DNA of 63,291 nucleotides from Candidatus Poseidoniales archaeon (GCA_012959275.1 DUDM01000055.1:1-63291), one strand, 5' to 3'. Numbered from the stretch's first letter, positions 1 through 10,112 are shown. Notes: a model not told the origin generated them from the letters alone. Made by a program: numbers and translations.

Positions 1-27
1 AATTTTATTTTCTACCCTCCTAACCTC

Positions 28-37
28 ATTCATATAG
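28..37 (+). promoter_or_regulatory. Putative TATA box of radA (TTTCATATAG-like)
   Basis: ATTCATATAG about 40 nt before the ATG; the same TTCATATAG 9-mer occurs at 27589-27597 upstream of the giant surface-protein gene. Confidence 0.4.
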
Positions 38-77
38 GGCCGCTGAAAAAGCCATTCCAACGACAGGTGAAGAATGC

Positions 78-1124
78 ATGGCGACAAAGACGAAGACGAA
101 GAGTTCAAGCAACGCCGCTGACAAGGCGGTAGAAGAAGAGATTGAGATTACCCCCGAGGTGAAGCGGTTGACAGAAGAAGAGATGGGTGAATTAACCATA
201 GAAGATTTGCCTGGCGTAGGTCCGGCTACTGCAGAAAAATTGCGTGATGCTGGCTATGAAGAACTTCTAGCCATCGCCGTAATGACTCCGGCAGACTTAG
301 CAGAATCAGCCGAATTAGGCGAAGCGGTAGCCTCAAAAATAATCATGGCCTCTAAGAAAATGGCCAATATCGGAGGGTTCGTTAGTGGTGATGCCCTCTT
401 AGAAAGACGCCGTGAAGTACTGAAACTTTCAAGCAAAGTCCAATCCATAGACGACCTACTCGGTGGTGGCTTTGAAACTCAGGCACTAGTAGAAGTCTAC
501 GGTGAGTTCGGTTCAGGTAAAACTCAAATCGGGCACCAACTAGCAGTAAACTGCACTCTACCACTCGCCGAAGGTGGCTTAGATGGTGATGTATTCTACA
601 TAGATACTGAAGATACATTCCGCCCAGAGCGCATAACCCAAATGGCTAGAGGGCATGGCTTGGATCCTGAAGCCGTATTGAAGAGAATTCACGTAGCCCG
701 TGCATACAACTCTGCACACCAAATGCTGCTGGTAGACGAAGTCAAGAGAGCATCCAAAGGCCTCAATGTAAAAATGGTAATTGTCGATTCTCTTACTAGC
801 CACTTTAGAGCTGAATACATAGGCCGTGGAATGCTGGCAAACAGGCAACAAAAACTGAATAAACACCTCAAGGAACTAAAGCAACTTGCCGATATAAACA
901 ATGCCCTCATACTGGTAACCAACCAAGTACACAGTAGGCCTGATGCCATGTGGGGAGACCCCACAAAACCCATCGGTGGCCACGTCCTTGCGCACGCAAG
1001 TACATTCCGTCTATACTTACGAAAAGCAAAAGGTGGACGTAGAATTGCACGCTTAGTAGACTCTCCAAACTTACCTGATGGAGAATGTATATACCAGGTC
1101 TGCGAAGATGGACTAAGAGACTAA
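78..1124 (+). CDS. radA: DNA repair and recombination protein RadA
   Basis: N-terminal HhH ([12 protein letters not shown]), Walker [49 protein letters not shown]; AGGTGA SD-like site upstream. Confidence 0.97.
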   Translation: MATKTKTKSSSNAADKAVEEEIEITPEVKRLTEEEMGELTIEDLPGVGPATAEKLRDAGYEELLAIAVMTPADLAESAELGEAVASKIIMASKKMANIGGFVSGDALLERRREVLKLSSKVQSIDDLLGGGFETQALVEVYGEFGSGKTQIGHQLAVNCTLPLAEGGLDGDVFYIDTEDTFRPERITQMARGHGLDPEAVLKRIHVARAYNSAHQMLLVDEVKRASKGLNVKMVIVDSLTSHFRAEYIGRGMLANRQQKLNKHLKELKQLADINNALILVTNQVHSRPDAMWGDPTKPIGGHVLAHASTFRLYLRKAKGGRRIARLVDSPNLPDGECIYQVCEDGLRD

Positions 1125-1142
1125 TCACAAACCTTTGTCTAC

Positions 1143-4100
1143 TCAAGTATTGTACTGTTGACAGGCTCCACACCAATGGAAATCATGTCCTTGATGCGCT
1201 ATGACTTGAGTAGTCCCACCACAGCGGGTGCAGACGGGTTGGGCAATGGGACTCAACTCTGAATATGTGGAGTCATTGAGGAGATTAATTTCCTCAGAAC
1301 CACGACGCCTCAATAGCAGGATGGAGGCTCCGATGAGGAGTACCAGCCCGGCTGCCCCGCCCCACACCAACAATGAATTATCGGACTTCCCAGACCTGAC
1401 TTCTATTTGGCTACTTGAATTGCTTTCATTTTCAGAATTGTTTTCCTCGGGAATAGGGGTATCGTCGGTTTCATTATTAATTTCCACCGGTAATTCTTCA
1501 CCACTATAATTACTCCATTGTTCTGTGGTAGTTGAGTACTGTAAATTAGTTGATCTAACCACAATAATCAGCCTAGTTGGGCCGCTTCGTTCAATATACC
1601 TTAATTCATCAACATATCCAGCCGGCGCGGGATTGAAAGAGAGGCTCGCATTTCCAATGCATAATTCATCACAATCGACAGATTCATTCAATTCAATGAT
1701 GAAAACTTCAATCATCTCGGTATGTTCTCCTCTTGAATGCCAAGATATTTTCACTCTCCACTGAGTCGAGTTCGAAGTAACGAAGATGTCTAGGTTTTCA
1801 GGCAACGAAGGCTCTGGGTCTCCTTGGCAATTACTTGCATCTTCGGGATAATTATCGATTTCGCTGGCAACTGTGCTATTAGGTGGACAGCCATCTCCAT
1901 CTAAATCCGACCAAGCGAGTGGGTTTTGTGGAAACGCATCTCCCATTTCAAACCTCAACCCATCATCTCCTATTGTAAATGAATAATTGTCACCATAACT
2001 ATCTCCATCTTGGTCACTACATTGATGAGAATTATTTGGAAATGCATCACCAATATCCACTCGCCACAATCCATTCAAAAACCATGAATGATTATCCCCG
2101 CAACCATCTCCATCAATATCGCTCCATTGGCTAGAATCATCAACAAATGCATCGCCACTTTGGTTAACCCGTAATTCATCAATTATATCGAAAAAGTAAT
2201 TGTCACCATAACTATCTGAATCGCTATCATTCCACTGACTGGGATCTTCATCAAATGCATCAGCAATTCCGATAGGATGCGGAGGCCAATCTTGGTCTGC
2301 ATCGGACCAGCCGTCTGAATCAGAATCTAAGCAACCCAATCTATCGTAGATACTTCTGCCTGAAACAAGAGGGCATAAATCTCCTTCACTTCCATTTTCA
2401 TTATCGCCATAGCCATCGCCATCACTATCAGCCCATTGAGATGGATCTTCAGGCCATAAGTCTACTGAATCGGGATGTCCATCCTCGTCAGTATCTTGCA
2501 TCCAGACGGTCCATTCACCTGTACTATTTGCTGCAATATATCGTTTATTTGAGGCAGTTCCTGTTATTGCTACACCGCGTGGAATTCCTTCTGTTGACCA
2601 CGAATCAATCAGGCTGCCATTGTTCGCATCATAAATCAAAATTTCTCCTTCACTTGAATCCGAAGCCATTCCTGAACCGATGATTACCTCAGGTTCCTCT
2701 AGAGAAAAACCAGCAGAAAATCCTTCAAAGGTAATCGACCTACTCCAAACTTCAGAACTTCCATCGATGTCGAATAGTACTACTCTCTTATCCCAACCTA
2801 CACTTAGAAGTAAGTTACTCCTTGGAGACCATTCTACTACCCCCGTATAATTTCCATGACTATGTGGACTTTCTAATTCTAACCAGTCAGAGGGGGCTGC
2901 CTCAGAAGTTTGCCAAATTCTTATTTTCCCCGTTTGCTCAGCAGTAGCGAGTAATGTTCCATCTCTGTTAAATTCCATCACCCAACAAGTATCATCACAA
3001 TCCCATGTATTTGCAACCTCCCATACTTGAGGAGCAATTCTAGTCAAAACTCGTACCTTTCCGCCAGTCAAAGAATCGCTACCATCTACTACGCTGGTGA
3101 TGACAAGTGTGTTTTTGTCTTTGACTGCCAATCTGCCAAATATTTCGAATACACCCAAAGTTTGGGTATCGAAGGTTTCCTCTGAATCTACAATTGAACA
3201 CCATTGAATTAAGCCATCTGTATAGCCGATAACTGCTTTTTCCAAGCCATCATCCACCAACCATTTGACACTTTTCACATATGGAACATCTTGGCTAGAA
3301 TCTCCCCAGTTAGGATGCACGCAGGACTGTATTTCTTTTCCAGATTTAATGTCTTTAATGCTCAGAGAACCAGAGCCTTTGGCAATGGCTACTAGTACCT
3401 CTGAAGGGGATATTTCAAACTCCCTCATTATGCTCGAATCATGAGCAGGATGGCCTCGGAATTCTGCCATGGACCAAATTACAACGGTGCCATCTTGGCC
3501 GACGCTTGCCATTTGATTTCCACTAGCATCGATATCTAATGCTCTGATATCGGAGCGTGAACTTCGATATGCATGCCAGCCCTTTTTCTCAACTACTTTT
3601 CCAGCAGCATCCAATTTCAGGACCTGCCCTTCATTCAGTAAACCAACATATAGGCTATCGGTCAAAGTTGACCATGCTATTCTAGTAACATTTTCTTCTA
3701 ACGGACTGTACCATTCAAGTTGACCATCCTCAATGAAATGAGAGACTACGCTTTCTCCACTGCTCTTTGTCCATGCCACGCTGTATTGAGAACTACCTTT
3801 CCAATCTAAATGCCATCCTGAAGAGCCGGTGGCGATATTGTGTAGGGTAGTTTGTTCGAGGCTAACTGAGTCATAGACGCGGATACTATCTCCTCCACTT
3901 GACCTTTCAATTGTAGCAATTGATGCGCCATCTTCTGACCATCTGCAAACTTTGACTATGTCTGGAGTTTGTAATGAAATGCTGTTTTTCTCGGTTGAAA
4001 GACCCAGTAAATATGCTGTATCAACTACTACTATTTCCCCTCCTGAGTCCGGCCTTCCACCGCAAAAAACTACTCTAGTTCCATTGGCTGAAACCTCCAT

Positions 4101-4604
4101 ATCATGCCCCCAATTCTGCTCAATGCCAGTCATATTACTCGACCAATGACCTGAACGATGTTCAATTTGGTCAGAAGGCCTTGATAATCCATCATCGAAT
4201 AAGGTGTAGACATCCCAATTATGGCGTTGATCAAGTGTGATAACATGGCCACCATCCAACCAATCTACCCCTAACAATTGCATATGGTGATCAACCCTCA
4301 TAACGACTCTGCCATCGCTGTTATTCCACACACTAAGAGTACCATCCAAACCGACGACTGCAAGATCTCGCGAGATATCAATGCCACTGGCATCACGAGC
4401 ATAACTGGGGGACCAGGCTACATCCCACATAACAGATGCAAGACTTGGTTGCCAAACTGAAAGAGCCATTTTTTCAGGAGATGCAGGTGATTCTTCTCGA
4501 ATCCAATCATCATTTCTCCCTTCATCGGCGATAACTGGAATGGTAGAAAATGGCACTAATAGTAGTAGCAGCGCCAGAATCAAAGCACCGCGCCCACTGC
4601 CCAT
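1143..4604 (-). CDS. Secreted/membrane-anchored WD40 beta-propeller protein with TSP3-like Ca-binding repeats, C-terminal TM helix and cytoplasmic Zn ribbon
   Basis: Signal peptide (LILALLLLLVPF); WD-like blades (SVGQDGTVVIWS, TAEQTGKIRIWQ, SVGWDKRVVLFD); repeated DSDGDGYGDN/DAFP motifs; TM (VWGGAAGLVLLIGASILLL-RRR); CTRC...WCGAC at C-terminus. Confidence 0.8.
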   Translation of the reverse strand: MGSGRGALILALLLLLVPFSTIPVIADEGRNDDWIREESPASPEKMALSVWQPSLASVMWDVAWSPSYARDASGIDISRDLAVVGLDGTLSVWNNSDGRVVMRVDHHMQLLGVDWLDGGHVITLDQRHNWDVYTLFDDGLSRPSDQIEHRSGHWSSNMTGIEQNWGHDMEVSANGTRVVFCGGRPDSGGEIVVVDTAYLLGLSTEKNSISLQTPDIVKVCRWSEDGASIATIERSSGGDSIRVYDSVSLEQTTLHNIATGSSGWHLDWKGSSQYSVAWTKSSGESVVSHFIEDGQLEWYSPLEENVTRIAWSTLTDSLYVGLLNEGQVLKLDAAGKVVEKKGWHAYRSSRSDIRALDIDASGNQMASVGQDGTVVIWSMAEFRGHPAHDSSIMREFEISPSEVLVAIAKGSGSLSIKDIKSGKEIQSCVHPNWGDSSQDVPYVKSVKWLVDDGLEKAVIGYTDGLIQWCSIVDSEETFDTQTLGVFEIFGRLAVKDKNTLVITSVVDGSDSLTGGKVRVLTRIAPQVWEVANTWDCDDTCWVMEFNRDGTLLATAEQTGKIRIWQTSEAAPSDWLELESPHSHGNYTGVVEWSPRSNLLLSVGWDKRVVLFDIDGSSEVWSRSITFEGFSAGFSLEEPEVIIGSGMASDSSEGEILIYDANNGSLIDSWSTEGIPRGVAITGTASNKRYIAANSTGEWTVWMQDTDEDGHPDSVDLWPEDPSQWADSDGDGYGDNENGSEGDLCPLVSGRSIYDRLGCLDSDSDGWSDADQDWPPHPIGIADAFDEDPSQWNDSDSDSYGDNYFFDIIDELRVNQSGDAFVDDSSQWSDIDGDGCGDNHSWFLNGLWRVDIGDAFPNNSHQCSDQDGDSYGDNYSFTIGDDGLRFEMGDAFPQNPLAWSDLDGDGCPPNSTVASEIDNYPEDASNCQGDPEPSLPENLDIFVTSNSTQWRVKISWHSRGEHTEMIEVFIIELNESVDCDELCIGNASLSFNPAPAGYVDELRYIERSGPTRLIIVVRSTNLQYSTTTEQWSNYSGEELPVEINNETDDTPIPEENNSENESNSSSQIEVRSGKSDNSLLVWGGAAGLVLLIGASILLLRRRGSEEINLLNDSTYSELSPIAQPVCTRCGGTTQVIAHQGHDFHWCGACQQYNT

Positions 4605-4737
4605 GAAACCAACCGGCTCTCACGTTGGCTTGATACTAACGCCACCTTGTTCGTCTCTCTTTAGAGGTTAAGGAATCCCCTTCAAAGCCCCTTCACTGAG
4701 GGTCATCTTGAAAGAGGCTAGAGGCCGCATCAGTAGC

Positions 4738-5868
4738 ATGAAGCACTTGATAGAGCGTGTTTTGAGTCTTGAATCGGAAGGTGTTGCAGAAATAATAACG
4801 CCCGAAAATGAAAATTCAAAGGCAAATGATGGTGAGTTACGTAAGTTGCTCGAGACACTCCAGCCTAGAATTCGAGTTTATGGAGTTGGAGGTGCGGGAT
4901 GCAATGCAATTAGTCGCCTTTGGGGTGAAGGGTTGTTTTCATCAAAATACGTTACTGGATATGCCATTAACACCGATGCCCAAGCCCTTCTCTTAACTGA
5001 AGTCGAAGAAAAAATCCTAATCGGAAGAAGTGCGAGAGGACGTGGAGCGGGTGGAGACCCAACTAAGGGAGAAGCAGCAGCATTGGAGAGTGAGTTTACC
5101 TTACGTAAAATTACAGAAGATACTCAATTGGCAATTATCACCGCAGGAATGGGGGGCGGTTCAGGGACAGGAGCTGCAGGCCACATCGCTCGTTTGGCCA
5201 AGAAACAAGGTGCATTGACAATAGCAGTGGTAACTTATCCATTCGATTCAGAAGGATCTCTGCGCCGACAAAACGCAGAATGGGGATTGGAACGCCTACG
5301 GGAACACTGCGATACAATCATAGTTATTCCAAATGAAAGGTTACTTGAGATTCAAGGCGTGAAGGATTTACCAATTGCTGCTGCTTTCAGAGTTGGAGAT
5401 GAACTACTTGTTCGTTCAATCAAGGGAGTTACTGACCTGCTAACATGTGATGGAATGGTTAACCTTGACTTTGAGGACCTACGTTCTGTGATTAGCACTG
5501 GCAGTGGAGTTGCAATGATTGGAATTGGCGGGGCAAGTGGAGAGAATAGAGCAGAGAGAGCCACCTTAGAGGCTCTACACAGCCCATTACTTGAATTGGA
5601 CCTCAGTGATGCGAGAGGTGCACTAATCAATGTCGTTGGCGGCCCTGATTTAACTTTAGGTGAAGCCGAAACTGCAGCCCAAATCATCAAGTCAAAAATC
5701 AATGATCACGCAAGAATAATTTGGGGCGCTGCGGTCGAGGAAGAAGCAGGAGACGAGGTGAGAGTCATGGTTGTATTGACTGGAGTAAAGAGTCAACAAA
5801 TTTATGGCTCAAGCGAAAATACTCAACTGAAAGCGCTTCGTTCAAGGCATATTGAGTTTGTCAACTAA
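4738..5868 (+). CDS. ftsZ: Cell division protein FtsZ (FtsZ1-like)
   Basis: GVGGAGCNA, NTDAQAL, tubulin signature variant GMGGGSGTG, T7 loop NLDFED, ARIIWGA; ATG at 4738 preferred over TTG 4708. Confidence 0.96.
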   Translation: MKHLIERVLSLESEGVAEIITPENENSKANDGELRKLLETLQPRIRVYGVGGAGCNAISRLWGEGLFSSKYVTGYAINTDAQALLLTEVEEKILIGRSARGRGAGGDPTKGEAAALESEFTLRKITEDTQLAIITAGMGGGSGTGAAGHIARLAKKQGALTIAVVTYPFDSEGSLRRQNAEWGLERLREHCDTIIVIPNERLLEIQGVKDLPIAAAFRVGDELLVRSIKGVTDLLTCDGMVNLDFEDLRSVISTGSGVAMIGIGGASGENRAERATLEALHSPLLELDLSDARGALINVVGGPDLTLGEAETAAQIIKSKINDHARIIWGAAVEEEAGDEVRVMVVLTGVKSQQIYGSSENTQLKALRSRHIEFVN

Positions 5869-6863
5869 AGATGCTGACTTGACATTAGTACTGCTTTACC
5901 AGTTTCAAGTAGTTTCCATTTCCTTGCCTTGCCGCGTCCTTCTGCCTGTACCAATCCTCTTTCATCAAGTTGTTTCATGTGGTATGACATCAACTGCCTT
6001 GAAGTTTCCATTTTGAGGCGCAATTCTCCACTTTTCATTCCTAGTTTTCCTGCTGAATCAAGAACTTCAAGAATCGCTTGTTGCATTCCAACAACTGGTT
6101 GCTCAATTCTAGATAGTAGCTTTGGGTCGATTCCACTTGAAGCGAATCTTCGCTTTGTGCTATCTAACCAGGACATTATCCTACCTTCTTTTTCCAAAGC
6201 ATGAAGGTGATGAGCAGTAACTCCATTTGCCAATGATAGTGCATCCCTCAAAGCCGAAAAGTGAATACCTGGGTGGGCTTCAATATACCCTTGAATCCGA
6301 CCTTTAGTAAAGGTTCCAGACTCTCCACGTTGAGATATTGCTAGAATAGGCCCAATAACAGCCAACATCAAACTCATTCTACCTGCTTCAGATGCTACCA
6401 ATGCAGTCAACATTGTACCCATTATCCCGACTGCCATGACGGCTGCTAAACTCAAGACTACAACTCTAGTTGCTGGCATTATCCATTTCCCTACATCTTC
6501 ACCTACAATTTGTTCGCCAGATTCAGGGGGGGCCTCTTGGCTTTTTGCGGGTGCTGACTCTGTCTCTTCACCACCTCCTTGGTCTGGCTCATTAGAGGAA
6601 TCTTGTGCACTTTGATGGTCTGCACCTGCATCATCTTTGGGTTGGTCCTCTTCTTGCTCTTCGTTGGACTGCTCTTCTGCAGGTTGTTCCGAACTGCTAT
6701 CTTCAAGCGGACCTGTTTGCAATCCATCGGTTGATTGATCTGCTGGGTCATCAGTTGATTGCCAAGCATCTAGGTTTTCTGGTAGGCTAGGTATTCCTGC
6801 TATTCCACAGAATATCATGGTCAGAAGCAACCCCCTCCAGAGCCACACCCTATCTCCTGCCAT
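5865..6863 (-). CDS. Membrane-anchored winged helix-turn-helix transcriptional regulator
   Basis: N-terminal hydrophobic segment, acidic linker, TM hairpin, then two wHTH-like units (IQGYIEAHPGIHFSALRDALSLANGVTAHHLHALEKEG; ELRLKMETSRQLMSYHMKQLDERGLV); ATG 6863 preferred over TTG 6905. Confidence 0.75.
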   Translation of the reverse strand: MAGDRVWLWRGLLLTMIFCGIAGIPSLPENLDAWQSTDDPADQSTDGLQTGPLEDSSSEQPAEEQSNEEQEEDQPKDDAGADHQSAQDSSNEPDQGGGEETESAPAKSQEAPPESGEQIVGEDVGKWIMPATRVVVLSLAAVMAVGIMGTMLTALVASEAGRMSLMLAVIGPILAISQRGESGTFTKGRIQGYIEAHPGIHFSALRDALSLANGVTAHHLHALEKEGRIMSWLDSTKRRFASSGIDPKLLSRIEQPVVGMQQAILEVLDSAGKLGMKSGELRLKMETSRQLMSYHMKQLDERGLVQAEGRGKARKWKLLETGKAVLMSSQHL

Positions 6864-6976
6864 GATGATAGGTAGCCGGAAATACCTATCAAAGGGGTGG
6901 TCCAAATGTTTGACAAATGCCCAAACTTCGCGAGGGTGGTTTGATGAGGGATGATACCGAGGCGCCTTCAGAGTGA

Positions 6977-7624
6977 ATGACCATGTTCATCGATGAGCCA
7001 ACTGAAGACGAAGATGATATCGACCCATTTGAGGCACTAAATGTTTCAACTACAGCTCCCGCTGCAAGGGGTGCTAGTCTATTAGATGCATTTGCTGAAG
7101 ATGATGTCGAGGATGAATCATCAGAAGAAGAAGGTGAAGTTATCGCCACCTTGGAAATGGGTGGAATGATGGAAATGAATGAAGAAATTGTTGAGTCAGT
7201 CATCCCTTTGAGTGAAGCAGGAGTAAACGAGGAAGAAGAGGATATTGACCCCTTCGAAGAACTAGGCGCGATGCGACCGAATGTGAATGCGGTTGAATCA
7301 ACTAATACTAATGTTAACGATGCTCTTGCTGCTTTCATGGACGAGGATGAATATCAAGGACCAGAAAACACCATCGTTTTTGAAGGAGAAAGTGCAACCA
7401 AAGATGAGCCTATTGAACAAGAAGAGGTTGAAGAGGAAATTCAAGTGGAAACTGAAAAGCCCCGTGCCCAGCCTGAAGAATTATACCAATTTCTATTAGA
7501 AGGAGTTTGGGTAGATGATGTACTGGACCCAGCCGAGGTTGCTTTGATGGCCCGAAAAAGAAGAGAATTGGGAATAAGTTTTGAGACCCATTTGAAAATA
7601 TTAAAACAGATTCTTCATGACTGA
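6977..7624 (+). CDS. Acidic hypothetical protein with C-terminal small helical module
   Basis: D/E-rich low-complexity body; C-terminal LYQFLLEGVWVDDVLDPAEVALMARKRRELGIS module. Confidence 0.65.
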   Translation: MTMFIDEPTEDEDDIDPFEALNVSTTAPAARGASLLDAFAEDDVEDESSEEEGEVIATLEMGGMMEMNEEIVESVIPLSEAGVNEEEEDIDPFEELGAMRPNVNAVESTNTNVNDALAAFMDEDEYQGPENTIVFEGESATKDEPIEQEEVEEEIQVETEKPRAQPEELYQFLLEGVWVDDVLDPAEVALMARKRRELGISFETHLKILKQILHD

Positions 7625-7633
7625 GGTGATACA

Positions 7634-8092
7634 TTGAGTATTTTATTTCAGCATGCCCTTGACTTGGCTTGGAGCGATGGTAGATTATCGAAAAGAGGCG
7701 CTATCCTCCTTGAGAACTTTCAAGAAATCCTTGAACTTTCAGATTCACAAAGGTCTGTTGTTGAAGAAAAACACCACTTGCAAGTCATTCCTCATTTAAT
7801 CCCACGTGGACATGGTTCTGGGGCTTCCACTCTCGACCAGTGGATGACTTCATTGATGGATTTAGACGATGAATTACCTCGGTACTTAATTAGCATGGGA
7901 AGACAATCCCTTGAAACTGGAATTAGTAAGCAGGCTTGGATTGAAGGCTTTACTGCTGCAGAAAGAATGAAGTGTGAATTTGAATTTGCTAGAGGTGTTT
8001 GGGAACCTGAGTTTGAAGTTGAAATATTGGTCTGGCCGGAGGTTCTCGATCCGGTTGCAAAATCCTTAGGTTTGCTTTTGGAAGAAGAGTAA
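7634..8092 (+). CDS. Hypothetical protein with N-terminal helical module related to the upstream gene
   Basis: TTG start 5 nt after GAGGTG SD (7623-7628); LFQHALDLAWSDGRLSKRG module. Confidence 0.7.
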   Translation: MSILFQHALDLAWSDGRLSKRGAILLENFQEILELSDSQRSVVEEKHHLQVIPHLIPRGHGSGASTLDQWMTSLMDLDDELPRYLISMGRQSLETGISKQAWIEGFTAAERMKCEFEFARGVWEPEFEVEILVWPEVLDPVAKSLGLLLEEE

Positions 8093-8098
8093 ATCTCC

Positions 8099-9553
8099 TC
8101 AACCTCTAAGCATACTCCTTGTTGCTTCTGAAATTATAACTGTTTTACTTTCATCATTTACTTCGAATGAACCCCATTCATGTAAATCATCTTTCATCTC
8201 AGCAAGCGTGTCTTGGAAGGCAAGGCTTGCACCTTTTAGTTCAGTAATATCTTGAGCGATTCCAATTACTTTGGTAGGTGCTCCAAGTTCATCCGTCAAA
8301 ATTCCTCCGATGCAACGAAATGTTCTGACTTCTCCATCGCTGGGGCGAATAATCCTGTGAACATAATCCAATGCTGAAACTGTTTGAAGTGCATCACCTA
8401 AGGTATTCATAACGAATTCAGTATCTTCAGGATGGAGCAAATCTGTGAAAGATTCCACTGAAGGTGTGAATTTTTCAGCATCACAACCATACAATGGGAA
8501 TAGAGCAGGTGCCCATGCCACCTCACCTGAGATAACATCCCATTCCCAACTTCCTGATTGGGATATATTCTCTAGGTCTTCTGAATATTTTGAATTTGCA
8601 ATGTTAATCGATAATTCCAATATATGCCCCATAGCTTTATTCTGAGATAAATCCTCAAATTGACCTACAACTCCAAGATATTTTCCTTTTTCATCATATT
8701 GAGGTTGAGAATGTGAGCGAATTAATTTGTAACTTCCATTCAGTAATTTCAATCTATATGTGATAATGTAGGGTTTACCATCTTCTTTCCCTTGGTCAAC
8801 TGCTTTTCTAACGGTTTTAAAGTCGGAAGGATGAAGGTTTGACCAAAACTCAACCAAATCAAAAACTACCTGGCCAGATTCTACTAATTTATCACTCACT
8901 GCTCCAAGTAGTAGGCGGACCATTTCGGTCTCAACTCTTGCTAAATGTTCTGAAACAGTGGACCTTGAGAGATTTAATTCTCTTGATAATTCTGACATTT
9001 TAAGAGCTCTTGGGTTCTCATACCAACCTGCATCCCAAGCACCTTTTACCACTTTGAGTTGTTGGGGTGATACAAGTTTATTTTCAACTACAGAAGCAGG
9101 TTGAATAGAAGATGCTGACATTTTATCTGGAATTTGTATCAGTCTAAATGCTGTAATAACTGATTTAATTGAGCTTGCAGGGCCACGAATGACATAAGTG
9201 AAACCCTGCTGATTCAAGACTGTTTCAGGTTGAATACTCGCTGATGCTGCTTGTAATTGAATTGCAATTAGATCATTGCTAGCTGCTTCAAAACGCAATT
9301 TCAATACCCATTCATCAGTCCATTCTGAATTTGGTTTCGATAGAGTTTCAATTACTGAAACTCCTGCAATCAAATTATTGAGGTCATCCGGCCCACTGTC
9401 TTCTGTGAATACACAATGGACTATGATATCGATGTGGTTACTATTTCTTTCAACATAACCGAGAAACTGCATTTCCTTTACAAAGTCAAAGAGGATGTCG
9501 AGTTTTGCACGAGTAAGTCTTGCTCTCCCCCAATGTACTGAAACTTCCCGCAT
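8099..9553 (-). CDS. Bat-type (HTH_10-like) transcription regulator fused to C-terminal PAS/PAC domains
   Basis: SPQQLKVVKGAWDAGWYENPRALKMSELSRELNLSRSTVSEHL is the HTH_10 pattern; two PAS_3/PAC-like units (LHPSD...YRLKLLNGSYKLIRSHSQPQYDEKG; GSWEWDVISGEVAW...LHPED...VIGIAQDITE). Confidence 0.8.
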   Translation of the reverse strand: MREVSVHWGRARLTRAKLDILFDFVKEMQFLGYVERNSNHIDIIVHCVFTEDSGPDDLNNLIAGVSVIETLSKPNSEWTDEWVLKLRFEAASNDLIAIQLQAASASIQPETVLNQQGFTYVIRGPASSIKSVITAFRLIQIPDKMSASSIQPASVVENKLVSPQQLKVVKGAWDAGWYENPRALKMSELSRELNLSRSTVSEHLARVETEMVRLLLGAVSDKLVESGQVVFDLVEFWSNLHPSDFKTVRKAVDQGKEDGKPYIITYRLKLLNGSYKLIRSHSQPQYDEKGKYLGVVGQFEDLSQNKAMGHILELSINIANSKYSEDLENISQSGSWEWDVISGEVAWAPALFPLYGCDAEKFTPSVESFTDLLHPEDTEFVMNTLGDALQTVSALDYVHRIIRPSDGEVRTFRCIGGILTDELGAPTKVIGIAQDITELKGASLAFQDTLAEMKDDLHEWGSFEVNDESKTVIISEATRSMLRG

Positions 9554-9630
9554 AATTGCCCACGCGAGTATTGCCCTTTTGAATTGTATTCCGTTTTGTT
9601 AATAATATGCAATACTATTGTTATGGAACA

Positions 9631-10014
9631 TTACATATTTAATTCCCAAGTGATTTTTACATCAGCGGAAAGAGTATTCGATACTGAACAATATTTCTCA
9701 TGGCTAGCCTCGATTACTCGGCTCACCATCTTCTCTGGTATCTCTTCTCCATGGACATGGTATATCATATGGATAGAGGTGAATTTTCGTGGTGGCTCCT
9801 CTGCTCGTTCTGCCTCCATACTGATACTTGCTGATTTCAAATTCCTCCTATTTTCTAAAGAATTAACCACATCTACTAGACTACATGCACCTACCATTTG
9901 TAGCAATATTTGCATCGGACTCGGTCCATCTTCCCAATCCATCTTTATTTCCTGACCAGATTGATTAATTCCAGTCATTTTGCTTGAACCGTCCCAGACA
10001 ACTTCTGCTTGCAT
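9631..10014 (-). CDS. OsmC/YhfA family protein
   Basis: [45 protein letters not shown] with both OsmC cysteines; ATG 10014 preferred. Confidence 0.9.
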   Translation of the reverse strand: MQAEVVWDGSSKMTGINQSGQEIKMDWEDGPSPMQILLQMVGACSLVDVVNSLENRRNLKSASISMEAERAEEPPRKFTSIHMIYHVHGEEIPEKMVSRVIEASHEKYCSVSNTLSADVKITWELNM

Positions 10015-10112
10015 ATTCTTTGATGAAAGGGGTTTATTCAAGAGCATATCTCAATCCCTTTTTGCTCATTCTAACCGAGCCGTTCATCAAGGAGTGGTCG
10101 GTCGCTGCGCCC

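Noticed and set aside
1810-2510. Recurrent DNA repeats (e.g. TTGTCACCATAACTATCT twice) that might suggest CRISPR
   Set aside because: In-frame coding repeats of TSP3-like motifs, irregular and degenerate; no spacer pattern or cas genes
6889-7338. 149-aa Ser-rich - strand ORF
   Set aside because: Shadow of the acidic gene 6977-7624
8099-9553. Light-sensing LOV regulator for rhodopsin
   Set aside because: No GxNCRFLQ motif in either PAS domain; no rhodopsin gene in the window
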